A program made the position numbers and the translations under genes. From positions 5,367 through 69,366 of the forward strand of contig CBDCUL010000012.1 in the NCBI GenBank assembly GCA_965222855.1: a stretch of 64,000 nt of DNA, written 5' to 3'. Source of the stretch: Mycoplasmatales bacterium (GTDB lineage: Bacteria > Bacillota_I > Bacilli_A > Mycoplasmatales > JABABV01). The notes under the pieces are model-generated. The model searched no databases and was not told the DNA's origin. It was given only the letters and a program-made list of their open reading frames with translations. The stretch's first letter is position 1. Each line of letters opens with the position of its first letter. Positions 25,674-39,295 of the stretch are shown piece by piece.

Positions 25674-27131
25674 ATGAAATTGATTAAAAAACATAAAATA
25701 AAAAATATCATTGGATTATCTTCAATGGCGCTGTTAATTTTGTGTTCAACAGCTTGTGGTAGTAGTAAAAATACTACTACTTGAATACCAACAACTGCTG
25801 CTAATACGGATAATATTTTAATTAATTACAGTGATGAAAATAGTGTTATGAATACTCTTAATGATTATTGTCACCACCAATTAAAATCTTGATTCGGGAT
25901 CGAAGTGGCTAATAAAAATCCTCGTCTTTTTGCAAACGCTAATGCAAAAAATTTAGGAAATATGAATTTTTTCAGAGTTAATAGTGCAATGCGCCAACAA
26001 TATCATTTAAATTCAAGTGTTAAATATTGGGTAGATTGATCCAAATGAACAATATTCAAATCTCCTTTAAAAATGAAAATTAAAGATGCTTATTTTAAAA
26101 ATGATGGATCCTCTGATGGTTGAGAATGACAAATGGTCGATTTTAAAAAATTAAATATTAATCATCCAAATGATATTAAAGTATATGAAAAATCAATTAT
26201 CCATCAAGAAATAGTTCAAAAAATGCATGAATTTCAAAATGCTTTATCAGATTTTGAAAATCAATGTCATAACGAAGTGGCTATTCAATACAATTACACA
26301 ATTACAAATGATTCTACTCATAATCCTTCATATAATCCTGGCGATGGTCCTGAAATACAAGAATTTGTTATTATTAGTAACGTAATTAATTTTGATAATC
26401 CTTATTATAACGGATTTGACTATATTGCCCAATATAATTATCTAAGAACAAAAAATTATTATTTATTGAATAACGTAGTATCTACTGACATTAATAGTTA
26501 TGCGCTAGAAACCAATGATAAAGATCGCTATAAAAACTTAATGCAAAGCTTTTTAAACGAGTTTGACCCGGTGAATTTTCATAACATTAAAGATTATGTT
26601 GATTTAGAAATTAAAGATACTAATTCTGCAGATTTATCAAAAATATATAATATTAATTATCATAATCCAGATATAAAATATATTATTACTTTAACAGATA
26701 AAGTTATCTACAATAAAAAATATACTCGTGATAATGAGAAAGAATGAAATGTTAAGACATTATTAATGAGATTCCGACCGTTGTATGGATGAAAAAGTGA
26801 TTTTATTAAATATAATAATGTCAATAATTTTCAAAATGATAATTTATTTAAAAGTGTTGCCAATCTAGACAATATCATAATTTCAGACTGGTATTCTATA
26901 ATGTCTGTAAACAGAGTGTTTCGAGATTTAGCAAAACACAGTATTTTTTTAGTTCAACAAGGTCAAGGAATTGGTTGGGCTCATGACAAAAACAATAAAA
27001 ACTTATACAGTAATGACCACGCCATTAGTTGAAGTGAACAATTATTATTCAGTTTATGTGGTAAAAACAATGATTTTCAAAAAAAAACTATCACTCAAGT
27101 AAACCGTTTTCATATGACAAAACCTTGATAG
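25674..27131 (+). CDS. lipoprotein (485 aa), Trp-rich
   Basis: AGAGGTG RBS. The signal is MKLIKKHKIKNIIGLSSMALLILCSTACGSS. It is in frame with track ORF 26133..26747, with many in-frame TGA codons. Stop is TAG at 27129-27131. Confidence 0.8.
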
Positions 27132-27196
27132 TTAATTTTTAATAAACAAAAAAAACTATATAGCTTTGAAGCTAGATAGTTTTTTATTTATAATAA

Positions 27197-28051
27197 TTAG
27201 TTTTTATTGATTGATCCAAATGTTTTTAAGTAATTTACAACAGTACTTTTCATTTCTTCAATCGCGGCCAACTGGGCGCTACGGATATCAAAAACATTGG
27301 GATTATGTTCGAAAAATGTTTCTAAACTTTTCGTATATGTAATTAATAAATCAGTTTCGACATTGACTTTAGCAACTCCAAGTTTGATTGCTTTATTAAT
27401 TTTTGCAAAATCAATTCCCGAAGCACCATGCATCACAATTGGGCAATCAGTTAAGTTGCGTGTTTCTTCTAAAATCTCAAAATTTAATTGTGGTTCTGTC
27501 TGATAACGTCCATATTGCGAACCAAAAGCAACTGCTAGCATGTCAACTTTTGTTTTATTAACAAACTCTTTTACTTTTTGAGGATTCGCATAGAAGCGTT
27601 CTTTATCAGTAAATTTATCGTTGTCAGAAACTGAAAATATGCCAATTTCACCTTCAACAATAACTTTGTGCTTATGTGCATAAGCAACAATTTCAGCTGT
27701 TTCAATTAAATTTCTTTCAATTTTATGATGACTACCGTCAAACATAACTGATGTAAAGCCATAACTTATGGCTTTCTTAATGATTGCAAAATTAGTGCCA
27801 TTATCTAGCTGTAATGCGACATCTACTTTTGCGTTTTGAGCGGCCCTAATCGCCATTGGTACAAAGTATTCAAAATCAATATATTTAGTAATTGAGCGTT
27901 CGCTAATTTGACAAATAATTGGTGACTTCGTATGTTCGGCTGCATCGATAACCGCTTTTAAAGTTTCATAATTGATGATATTAAAAGCACCGATTGCGTA
28001 TTTGTTTTGTTGGGCTTTTTTAATCATTTTTAAAGGACTGACTAATGCCAT
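27197..28051 (-). CDS. fba: class II fructose-bisphosphate aldolase
   Basis: Track ORF 27197..28060. The ATG at 28051 follows AGAGGTG. Motifs LQLDNG/MFDGS/VEGEIG are present. The gene is monocistronic and flanked by hairpins. Confidence 0.85.
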   Translation of the reverse strand: MALVSPLKMIKKAQQNKYAIGAFNIINYETLKAVIDAAEHTKSPIICQISERSITKYIDFEYFVPMAIRAAQNAKVDVALQLDNGTNFAIIKKAISYGFTSVMFDGSHHKIERNLIETAEIVAYAHKHKVIVEGEIGIFSVSDNDKFTDKERFYANPQKVKEFVNKTKVDMLAVAFGSQYGRYQTEPQLNFEILEETRNLTDCPIVMHGASGIDFAKINKAIKLGVAKVNVETDLLITYTKSLETFFEHNPNVFDIRSAQLAAIEEMKSTVVNYLKTFGSINKN

Positions 28052-28616
28052 TATTAACACCTCTTAATTTATAATTTACTACTACATTATAACATTAATA
28101 ATTAAAATTAATAACCAATTTAGTAATGATTTAATTTTAATTATTATTGATTTAAATATTTATATATCTGATTAAAATAAAATTTTGATAATTGGGGAAA
28201 TTTATTTAATAATTTAATAGATATACCTATATTATATAGGTTTATTCAAACAAATTAATCACGATCTAAAAAAATTCCTAATTTCTTAAAAAAACCCTTT
28301 ACTAAAATACTAAATATTTAATAATTCTGATCTTACTTCTAGTTAATTAAAGCATATATTTTGCATTTTAATTAACTAGATGTCAAATAATTGATTAAGT
28401 AATTTAATTACAACAACGTTAATTTTTAAATCCTTAATTTATCTTTTAATTTTAAATAAAAATAATTTTTATTATCTAATATCATTTATAAAGTATTATC
28501 TAAAAAAAGACATTTATTTACAGACGATAATAAATACTTTATAATTATACTTATAACAGAACCAATACTTTATGATCATAAATTTTAAAAAATATATTAA
28601 ACTTTAGGTGATTTAA

Positions 28617-29720
28617 GTGAAAAAAAACTATAAAAACCGTAAAATAATGAAAAAAAGTAAATTAATAGTTTTGAGTTTATTAACTATTCCAATATTTAGT
28701 TTGGTTAGTTGTCATAAAACAACTCATTACCCTCATGTTGTTAAATGACAAGAACTTAGTGAAGCTGATAGTCCATGAACAAGGTTTAGACAATTAGCAG
28801 AAACAAACACAGCAACCGCTTTAAAGCAGACTTTAACTAACGATCAATTATTTGATTATAAATGACATTTGGATGATATAGTAGCGTTCCAAAATCCAGA
28901 AGCACCTTTTATTATTGACAATATTAATTGATCAGTTTCTGCATACCTAGTAATTAAAGGCGCTAATGCGAACGATCCGCGCCCTGTTTATTTTATCATT
29001 AATTATCTTAATAATGTTTATAATAAACACAATTGAAATTCTTCAAGTTATATCAAAAAATATAATGATAATTGAACAGAGTTTAAAGCGATAACACAAA
29101 AACTTTATCCTGCTCAAATTTTAACGGAAGCACGTAAACACAATAAAGCAACTAGTTGAGCTGATAGTGATAAAGCAACTTGAGATATTTATGGTTCTAA
29201 CGGCGCTAGTGATCCTTATAAAGGAATGCAAGGTAATATAAAATTTGATGAAACGCATCATAGTGTCAGTGGCGTTATCTCAATTGATGGTTTTAAAAAT
29301 GGTGATGCAAAACCAATTGCAATTGAAATGACGAAACAATTTAATCAGAAATATCAAAGTAGTGATTGAACATTTAATGATATATCACAAATGCAATCAC
29401 GCGCATCTTTTCAAGCTGCTTGTCAATACGCAATTACTAATCAATATTCAAATCATTTTCTAAAGCATCATAGTTTTATTAAATCTACTTTAATAAAAAG
29501 TCATCAAGCAGATCCTAATCGCCCTTTTACAATTGACAAAAATTTAACTGCTTCATATAGTAAATGAAAAAATGCTTGATTAGTCGCTACTTATGTTGAC
29601 TTTTTTGACATCGGAACAGGCACAGCGCGTAGTGTGCCAATCCATAACTTATTAATGCTAACAACTAAAAATGGTCCAATAGGACCTGCGTATCAAGATA
29701 ATGGGTGAGAATTTGATTAA
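28617..29720 (+). CDS. Trp-rich repeat lipoprotein (family member 0)
   Basis: GTG at 28617 behind AGGTGA, or ATG at 28647. The signal is ...KSKLIVLSLLTIPIFSLVSCHK. It has repeated W-x-x-F-(K/R)-x-x-A modules and many TGA Trp codons. Stop is TAA at 29718-29720. Confidence 0.75.
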
Positions 29721-29835
29721 CCAGCAACTTGATTAATTAAAAAAATCACTATCTTAAAATAATCTCGTTGAAAATAAAAACTAAGCGTCTTAAATGCGCT
29801 TAGTTTTTTTAATATTATTATTAAAATTACTTATG

Positions 29836-31128
29836 TTATGTAGTTGATTGGACATGGAAAATATTAATCATTGTTTGTTCGAAAGGACCATCACCCCATA
29901 CTTTAGAATCGCTAAATCCATAGTTAGCTTTTGAGAGGCGGGCAAATGCTGTTTTATCTTCACTTTGATTTTTGACACTATGGAAACCATCAGTAATTAA
30001 TGGATTAGTTTTAATATGGTAAGTTGTTCCAACTCCCAAATTATTACTACTACTGCTTCCAATAGCGGTTAGTGAAATAACGCCAGTTGTTGTATCAACT
30101 GAATCAACACTTAGAGATGTTAGTGTTAATGTTGGTGACCCACCTGGTAAAAATCCAAACCTACCCATTCAAGTTTGTTTAAATGTATGCGCCCCTTCAC
30201 TAGTATCACTTGGATTATTCATTCCTAAAAAAGCATTTAATTCAGTTTTGATTTCATCCGATGTGACTGCATTAGTAATAACTGTGTTATTGAATGATTT
30301 AGCAGTCATTGTACTTGCGTTTGGTCCTGTTGTTGTTGTTGAATTAGTTGAAAAATTAGTTGAAATATTAACAACCGCTTCATTACTAGTGCTATCGCTA
30401 CCAGTCATTGTAAATGTATAATCAGTCGAAATAGCAAATCCTCCACCAGCACCAGCTTGTAAATTAGTTAGTCATTGTGTTTGACCAGTTGGTGAGTCAA
30501 GATGACTTTTAGCACTAATTTTATTAATGCTAAATTTACTAACACCTTGATAATTTAAAGTGTTAGCTTGTGTATTGGCACCAAAAATTTTTACTAATTG
30601 GGTTTGATCAGTTTTAATCGTATTAAAAAATTTTGATACGTTATAACTAGCGCCATCATCATAATCATTTCAATTACCACTAACATAATTTTTATGTTCT
30701 CAAGCATTGAAAACAGCTTTACTATTGTTATATACTTGGCCGATCGGATCACCCTTTTTACCTTTCATCATCACTAAAGCGACAGTATTTTTTGCATCAT
30801 AAGAAAACGCTTCTTCAAATGCTGCCGAAGTATCTTGAGCAAGTTTAGGTACTTGTGGGTTTGTAACATCTATCATTGCAACTAGTTTTTGACTAATAGT
30901 AGTTGGGTCTAAAATGGCACTACCTCAATAATCGGTCGCCCCAAAAGCTTTATATTTATCACTAGTAATTATAGCTTTACCATCGTTATTAGCAGCTTTG
31001 GCAAAGTCGTTAAAAACACCACCGCCTCCGCCTTTGTGACCGCTACCACAACTAGCTAAACTCAATGAAATCGAACCAGTACCAAACATTATCCCAGCAG
31101 CAATTATTGATTTTAGAATTTTTTTCAT
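29836..31128 (-). CDS. lipoprotein (430 aa), tandem paralog A
   Basis: Track ORFs 30925..31128, 30169..30408 and 29836..30168 are in one frame. The signal is MKKILKSIIAAGIMFGTGSISLSLASCGSG. Confidence 0.85.
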
Positions 31129-31265
31129 TTTATCTCCTTATTATTTTTAATTTTTTAGTTGTATATATTTATATATATATAATATAATAAATTTTATTAT
31201 TATGCACACAAAATATTAATAATTAAAATTTATTTTATACTTTAAATATTAGTTACTTACATCTT

Positions 31266-32552
31266 TTAAGTTGTTGTAGATATTAATGTTAAACGAAAAA
31301 TATTTAACATCGTCTCTTGTAAATAATTGTCTCCTCATGTTTCGGCACTATCAAAATGATAATTAATTTTTGAAAAACGCGCATATGTAGTTTCAACTTT
31401 ATTTGGACTCAACGCACTATGAAATCCATTAGTAATTAATTTATCAGTTTTAATGTTGTAAGTAATCTCTCCTAAATTATTACTATTAATACCACTACCA
31501 GTAGCAATTAATCAAATAGTGCCATCTGGTTCAATTTGATTAATTTTTAATGAAGACAATGTTACTGTTTTAGTATTTGTCTCAGTTTGATCACGATATA
31601 CTTTAAACTTATCTAATCATGTTTTTTTAAAATTATTTGGCTCATCATAAGGATTATTACTATTTAAGAAACTATTTAATTCTGCTTTAATTTGATCTGG
31701 TGTGGCCCCGCTAGTAATTTGTGTATCGTTAAATGAACTAGCAACAAGCGCATCCACTTTAGGTGCTATTGGTGCATCGGCATTAATTGAGAAATGGGTT
31801 GTAACATTAATCACTTTTTCATTATTAGTGCCATCAATTCCAATCAGTATTATTGTATAGTCGCTATCAATTGCTAATCCGTTTTTCACAATATTACTTA
31901 TTATGAAATTGGTTTTTGTTTTTGAATATCTTAAATAACTTTTAGCACTAATTTTATTAAGGCTAAATTTAGTAATGCCAGAATAGTTTAAACTATCACT
32001 TTTATGATTACTACTAAAAAGTGCCATTAGTGAATTTTGATTTGTTTTTAAATTATCAAAAAATTGACTAACATTATAATTAGGGGCATTGTCATAATCA
32101 CTTCAATTTGACGCCACATATGCTTGATGATTTCAACTATTAAAGATTACTCTACTACTATGTAATAGTTGTTGATAAGTACTGCCTTTTTGACCTTTAA
32201 TCATAACTAATGTAATTGTATTTTGACCATCATAATTAAATAATTGTTCAAATGAAGCATTAACATCTTGGTTTAAAAAATTAGTTGGTAAATCGACAAT
32301 GCCAGATAATTTAATATTAATTTTTTCTGGATCTAAAATCGCACTACCTCAATAATGATTTACACCAAAACTTTTATATTTATCACTAGTAACAACTGCT
32401 AACCCATCACTATTTGCAGTTTTGGAAAATTGCTGAAAAGAAAGTGGTTTTTGTTGATAGTGTTTACTACAACTAGTAGCAAATCCTAGAACAATCATAT
32501 TTGTACTAAGAGCAACCATAGTAGCCATAAATGATTTTCATGTTTTTTTCAT
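31266..32552 (-). CDS. lipoprotein (428 aa), tandem paralog B
   Basis: ATG at 32552 gives MKKTWKSFMATMVALSTNMIVLGFATSCSK, in frame with track ORF 31617..32027. It is colinear with 29836-31128 (SDKYKxFG..YWGSAILDP, KFSxNKISAKS, ITxGFHS). Confidence 0.8.
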
Positions 32553-32707
32553 TCTGACTCCTTTATTTATTTTTTCAAATAATTTTTAATCACAACATAC
32601 TATATAAATCATTATAACACATTCAAAATTACCTTTTTTTCAAATAAATTATAATGATATAATTATTATATATACAGTAATTATTATTTAATATGGTGGT
32701 TTGAAAA

Positions 32708-34060
32708 ATGTTTAAAAAAATTAAATTATTTTCTTATAATATAATAATGATTAGTTTATTATTGACTAGTATTGTATCACTAAATAGTTGCGCCCCAAAG
32801 AAACCAAAAATAATAACTATTCCAATTATTAAGCTGACAGATTCTATGCCAATTTTTAATGGGTTTTTGCAAGATGCTCAAAAAGATGTAACCAATATAT
32901 TAGCAACTAAATTTGCTAAATTTAAGTTTGATCCTACGCAGGATTATTATGGTTATTTTGATATTAATAATCATAATAATCTAAATAAATTAATTACTAA
33001 AATTAAAACCATTAGTAATTTAACAAATAATAGTTTAAAACAAGATTTTAAATTTAGTTTTTTAGCAGTTGATCCTAATTATCAAGATAGTATCATAATG
33101 ATCGCGGCTCAATTACATAAAGGCGATACATCTAATATTAATCATATTTTAGATAATGCTGTTGTTATATATAATACATGATCAAAAGATTCACCTAATA
33201 ATATCTATCATAGTAACAGATGATCAATCACTAATACTGATCCTAATTTATTTCAAATTAAAACTAGTATTAAAAACTTGATTACACAATTAGATAAGGA
33301 TAGCTTTGCAGAAGTAAAGTTACCATCCAATCATATATGTCCTGCTAATACTGCTCCACAATGATGAAATTTTTATTATAGAAATGCCAATGTTTTTTCT
33401 AATCAAGCCACTGAACAACCATTTCGTTTTACGATTAATCCCAACAAATTAATTTTAATCGGTAATTACAGTATTTCAATTACTGCAAAAAATGCCGGTA
33501 CTAATACTAATGTCGTTAAATATAATATTGCTTTTAATGCCAAGCAATCTAAGTTGATAACTCCTTTTAATATGAAAAACCCTCAAAACGCAACTATCAC
33601 TGAAACTAACGCTGTACCAGCTACACAACAAGTAAAAGATATTCAGACATTTTTAAATATTGTTTCACCCAATAAAGAAGATGAAGGTTTAACTTATTTA
33701 AAGGTTTGAGAGTTTTGAAGAAGATTTAGTAATGATTATTTTAATAAGAGTGATTGAAATATGACGCCAAGTAAAGATATTAGCGCTGCTACTGACACGA
33801 TTATTAAATTTGATGTTCATTTCCAAGATGTCCCTGGTAATTTACAAATTTTTAAAGCTGATTTAAGTCATGGTTTTGGAACGTATAAAAATCACGCTTA
33901 TTCAAATTATATTGGGCAACCAACTTTTGATACTCTTGAAAATAATTCATATAATGCAGCAACACCAAGCATCCCATTTACTGGTATTAATTTACGCAAT
34001 GCTCTAATTAACATATTTAATATTTATGGTTATCCGGCTCCTGGTACTAATAATTACTAA
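32708..34060 (+). CDS. lipoprotein (450 aa)
   Basis: Track ORFs 32708..33181 and 33761..34060 are in the same frame and joined through TGA codons. The signal is MFKKIKLFSYNIIMISLLLTSIVSLNSCAPKK. Confidence 0.85.
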
Positions 34061-34150
34061 TACGATTCCTTATAATAACATTAACTACTTTTAACAAACG
34101 AAAAATGAATTACAATTAAGTAATTCATTTTTTTAATGATTATTTAAAAT

Positions 34151-35683
34151 TTATTTAATTCAACCGCGCGTTCTTTGAACAGCGTCACGTCAACCTTCGA
34201 TTTTAGTTGCTACCAGTTCTTTGTCCATTTTTGGTAAAAAGACTCTATCGACTTCTGCAATTTGTTTAATCTCTTCAACTGATTTTCAAAAACCAGTTGC
34301 TAGGCCTGCCATATACGCAGCACCCATTGCAGTTGTTTCGATATTAACTGGACGAACTAATTCTTTATCTAGAATTGAAGCTTGAAATTGCATTAAGTAG
34401 TTAGAATTAGTTGCACCGCCATCAACTTTAATTGTTTTGATTTCGGCTTCAATATCTTCTTCCATTGTTGAAATTAGATCATAAGATTGGTAAGCAATTG
34501 CTTCTAGCGTTGCTTTAACTAAATGTTCACGCTTAGTTCCTCGTTCTAACCCAAAGATTGCTCCTCGTGAAGTTGTGTCTCAATATGGAGCACCTAGCCC
34601 AACAAGTGATGGCACAAAATAAATTTTTTGAGAATCTTCTTTAACGAATGAAGTTAATAAGTCACATTCTTTAGCGTTGTAAATAATTTTTAAACCGTCG
34701 CGTAATCATTGGATCGCAGCACCAGCTACAAAAACTGATCCCTCAATTGCATACACGATTTCTTCGTCGCCAATTTTTCAAGCAATAGTTGTTAATAAAT
34801 TATTTTTTGAATACATTAATTTATTTCCAGTATTAACTAATGTGAAGTTTCCAGTTCCATACGTATTTTTAACATCACCATAGTTAAGTGCCATTTGTCC
34901 AAATAAAGCTGATTGTTGATCGCCAATAACGCCTGTTATCGGAACGATCCCTTTAGCATTTTTAGAAAAAACTAATGGATTAACATCACCGTATTTAGTT
35001 GATGATGCTTTAACTTCTGGTAAAATTTCTTCAGGAATATTTAATAATTTAAGAATTTCTTTATCTCATTTTCCTTCTTTAATATTAAATAGTAATGTTC
35101 TTGATGCATTTGAATAATCAGTTGCATGAACTTTTCCATCAGTTAATTTTCAAATTAACCATGTATCCATTGTTCCTGCTAATAGCGTATTATTCATTAA
35201 TGATTTTTTAGCAGATGGGACGTTATCTAAAATTCATTTAATTTTTGTTCCTGAAAAATAAGGATTAATAACTAATCCTGTTTTTTCTTTGAACATATTT
35301 TGATAACCTTCTTTAATTAATTCTTCGCAATATTTTCTAGTACGTGTATCTTGTCAAACAATTGCGTTATAAACTGGTAGGCCAGTTTTTTTATCTCATA
35401 GGACAATTGTTTCTCGTTGATTCGTAATTCCAATCGCTTCAATATCAGTTGATTTAATATGAGCATTTTTTTTCGCTTCTTTGATCGTCGCTTTTTGCGC
35501 TCCTCAAATTTCATTAGCATCATGCTCAACTCATCCAGATTCGGGAAATATTTGTGTAAATTCTTTTTGTGAAGACGCGACTACTTGCCCTTTTTTATTA
35601 ATAATTAGCGTACGTAGTGAAGTAGTTCCTTCATCAATTGTCATTATAAATTTTTCTTTATTATTGTTGATTGGTTGTTCCAT
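34151..35683 (-). CDS. glpK: glycerol kinase
   Basis: Not in the track (many TGA). Hand translation gives ...[24 protein letters not shown]...[17 protein letters not shown]...TYGTGNF...[19 protein letters not shown]. Start ATG 35683 follows a GGAAAG RBS. Stop is TAA at 34151-34153. Confidence 0.9.
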
Positions 35684-35695
35684 AACTTTCCTTTC

Positions 35696-36820
35696 TTAAT
35701 TACTTTTTAATGTTAATTCAACGTTGTTGTTTTTTAATAATTGAATCACTTCTAGAGCGATTGCTGGAGATGAACTTAATCCGGGTGATTGAATTCCGGC
35801 TAAGTTAATAAATTCTGGATTGTTACCGTATGCAATATGGAAATCATTAGTATCGGTAAAGATTGGTCGCGATCCTGAAAAGACTCTTTCAGTGCGGCTG
35901 ATGTCTAAAGTGGGTATAATTTTAGTCCCGATTTTAGCAATTAAACCAAATTTCTCTGGTGTCACTAAAGCGATATCTTCAATACTCACGCCATCTTCGG
36001 CAGTTGGACCAACTAAAGTTCGTCCATCTGGCATTGGAGCAACAATTACTCCTTTTCCATATATTGAGGGAATTTTAAATAAAATATTATTAACTTTTTT
36101 AGTTTGTTCTTTTGAGAGTACGCGATATTCACCACGTCTAGTACTTAATTTGAATGAACCTTCATTGGCCATTTCAGAAATTATATTAGCATAGTGTCCT
36201 GATGCATTAATAATATTTTTAGCAATAACTTGATAATCGTTATTAACTTCAATAATATATTTACCATCTTTTCTAGTGATATTAGTTACTCTGGCAGCTG
36301 TTGTGATGTCAGAACAACACTCAATGCTACGAGCGATTTCTCTTGTGGCAATTACTGGATCGATTACTAATGATGATGTACATAAAAGTGCTTTAGTCAC
36401 ATTTTTATTAATATTTGGTTCCATCATTAAGATTTGGTCTCGATCAATAATTGCTAGGTGAGCGGGATCTAATAGATTATCAATACCGCGATCGTATAAT
36501 TTTTCGATTTCACCTTCTTCATCTTTACCAAAAGCAAGCACTAGTGAACTGAGATTCAGTCGTGGAATTTTGGGAAATCTAGTTAATATTTCGGTTTTTC
36601 ATAAATTAGTTCCAATTACGTTTAACTTCGCTTCGACAGGGCGTTCAGTGTCAAATCCGCCATGGAGAACTCCTGAATTTCCATGCGTTGTTTCATCAGC
36701 TAAATAATTATTTTTTTCTAACTGTAAAATCTTTAAATCGTATTTGTGTAAATAATAGTTAGTCATTGTACCAACGATGCCCCCACCGATTATTACAATA
36801 TCATATTCTTTTTTATGCAT
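35696..36820 (-). CDS. glpO: FAD-dependent glycerol-3-phosphate oxidase (Mollicute GlpO type)
   Basis: Track ORFs 36599..36823 and 35696..36541 are in frame. Dinucleotide-binding YDIVIIGGGIVG is present. Size is about 375 aa. The gene lies between glpF and glpK. Confidence 0.85.
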
Positions 36821-36828
36821 CAATTATG

Positions 36829-37569
36829 TTAGAGGAAGAATAATCCAACAGTGATCCCTGCCATAATTGGGGCAACAACAGGAACGATTGCGTATTTTCA
36901 ATTTGAAGAAACAAGTGAACCGTTAGCAACTTTTAAAACGGGTACACTTTTATACATAATTTTATGTACAATTCTTGGTGCTAAATCTCGGAATGGATTA
37001 ATAGCGTAACCAGTTGTTCCACCAAGTGATAGTCCAATTGCGAACACTGTAAATCCAATTGCTAATGGAGCGCTACTGAATCACCCTCCTGCGATTCCAA
37101 AATAAGCCATTGCAACAAGAATAATTGTTCCAACATATTCTGAAAAGAAATTTGTAAATCATGCTTTTTGATGTGTAGGACCAGTTGAGTGCATTCCTAA
37201 TACAGTTGCTGGCGCCTCTTCTTTAATATGTTGTCAGTAGAATATATTGATAACTACTTGTCCAACTAGAGCTCCGGCAAATTGCGAACCAATGAATACT
37301 CCAGCTTGGACCGAAGTGATCTGTCCACCGACTCATTTACCAATTGTGACAGCGGGATTAATGTGTCCACCAGTGCCTCAAATATTGGCGATTGATACAC
37401 CGACAAAAACTGCAAATGCTCAACCAAAAGTGACGACAATTCAACCACCTTTAGAACCGATTGTTTTCTTAAAATTTACATTGGCTACAACTCCATTACC
37501 TAGTAGAATCAAGGCCATTGTACCAAGAAATTCTCCTAGAAATATATGTAGCATTGTTATATGTAACAT
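36829..37569 (-). CDS. glpF: glycerol uptake facilitator (aquaglyceroporin)
   Basis: Not in the track. Hand translation gives [30 protein letters not shown]...GGHINPAVT...GYAINPFRD, with both NPA boxes. The GGAG RBS is upstream. Confidence 0.9.
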
Positions 37570-38421
37570 TTTTTCTTTTTCTCCTTTATGTTATAGTATT
37601 TTAATTTAGTATTTATTTTAATTTAGTATTTTTTATTTCAATTTATTTTTTAGTTGGGTATTTTAATTTTAAAGCGAATCTTATTTTCTTTGAACTTTAA
37701 AATTAAATTTACTATAACACATTGTAAAAGTCTTTGCAATTGATTTGATAATTTTTAATTTATAATTTTAGAAGAATTTTTATCTATATATAATTGGTTT
37801 TTTAGCGATTATAACGCCATTAATTTAAATTATTATTTTTAACTAAATTAAGCAATATAATTTTAAAATTTTTATTTTATTTTATTTTTGGAAAATTTTT
37901 GGAAAGTAAAAATATGCATAAATCTTTTTATTTTAGTGAAAAACTCTTTTTTATGAATAAAAAATGATTTTATCTAAAATAATAATTAGCAATATTAAGT
38001 ATTACTTTTTTTCAATGAAGATTAATATTTAATTGAAAAACTTCCTTCAAAATGTTGTTTTTAAAATTTTTTTAGATACTAAAAAATGCTAATAATCATA
38101 GGTTAAATTTGTATATAAAAATGTAAAATCTTTTTTTAAAAAAAAATTTTCATATTTTACAATTTTTTTATTTTTATAATATTTAAAATCAACTATTTTT
38201 ACAAATTTATATTGATTGATTAAACTATAAATTAATTACTAATAATAATTAATAAGTATCTTTTTTTTACTAAATAATCTAGTAATTATTAGTTTAATTA
38301 ATATAAAAATTAAACTGTTTGAACAAAATTAAAAAGCTGAATTACATTTATTATTTAAAAGTCTTTTTTTAAAAAAAAGTTATGACAATATTACTCAATA
38401 AAAGAATCTTAATTACGAAAA

Positions 38422-38461
38422 ACAAAAGATCTATTACTTAATTTAGTAATAGATCTTTTGT
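38422..38461 (-). terminator. strong 17-bp hairpin terminator
   Basis: acaaaagatctattact / agtaatagatcttttgt, just after the TAA at 38499. Confidence 0.7.
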
Positions 38462-38498
38462 TAATAATTTTCATAATTTTTAATTTATTTATTTTCCA

Positions 38499-39026
38499 TT
38501 ATTGAGCATGAGCATAAACTATATATGGAGTTCCGGTAATCAGTTCTATTGATACATGAATCCCTCAACCTTCATCAGTATTAGATCATGTTATTTCTCA
38601 TTCGGCCATCAATAAAGCTGCTATTGTAATTACAATAGGCGCTGCTGGGCCAGTATCTAATGCAATACATAATAATCCAGCAACAGCAGCTATACCATCA
38701 CCACTCGCAATTGCACGATTCATTTTACTTCCTAGTGCTTCATTAATTCAAACATCAATCCCATATCAATGTCATTTATGTCCATTACGACCATCTTTTA
38801 AATTTAATAAATTTGATTTTTGATCATTTTTAAAATTATAAATTGTATTTAAATCATTTGATAATAACTTAGTAGAAAATTTATGATTTTTTAAAAACGT
38901 TTTTTTCATTTGGCTTATTTCTTGTTTGGCATGTGTCACAGCATTATTGCTATTACTAATCATTGCCGCATTTTGAGTAGTGCTACCAGATAAAGTAGCC
39001 AATACTAAAATTGCTGTTTGTAACAT
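38499..39026 (-). CDS. hypothetical secreted/membrane protein (175 aa)
   Basis: Track ORF 38772..39026 (MLQTAILVLATLSGSTTQNA signal) extends through several TGA codons to TAA at 38499-38501. It has a hydrophobic Gly/Ala-rich C-terminal half. Confidence 0.6.
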
Positions 39027-39295
39027 TTTATTCTCCTTAAATATTTTTTAATTTTTGGTAAGATTAAATAAATGGTGTATTATATATAGTGTATGTTTAA
39101 CGTTTACAACTGTTTAAGACGCTTTAATATAAACCGCCTTACTTATTATATGTTGATAAATAGCATAAATTCCTTTATAAAAGTTGTACAATGTTAATAC
39201 CAAGTGAAAAAATAGTGTAGCATAACTTTGATTTATTGATATATTTTGTATATCAATTTTTTTCATATTCTAAAAACTTATATTAAGGAGTATTT

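Noticed and set aside
35820-37609. Plus-strand track ORFs antisense to glpO and glpF (35820..36194, 36276..36461, 37247..37609). Similar antisense ORFs occur at 2399..2629, 4994..5284, 7142..7342, 16321..16536, 45225..45634, 46026..46223, 61725..62513 and 63171..63937.
   Set aside because: Each is the mirror frame of a well-supported gene on the other strand. Each lacks an RBS and has an odd composition (Cys/Pro/Leu-rich). I treat them as shadow ORFs.
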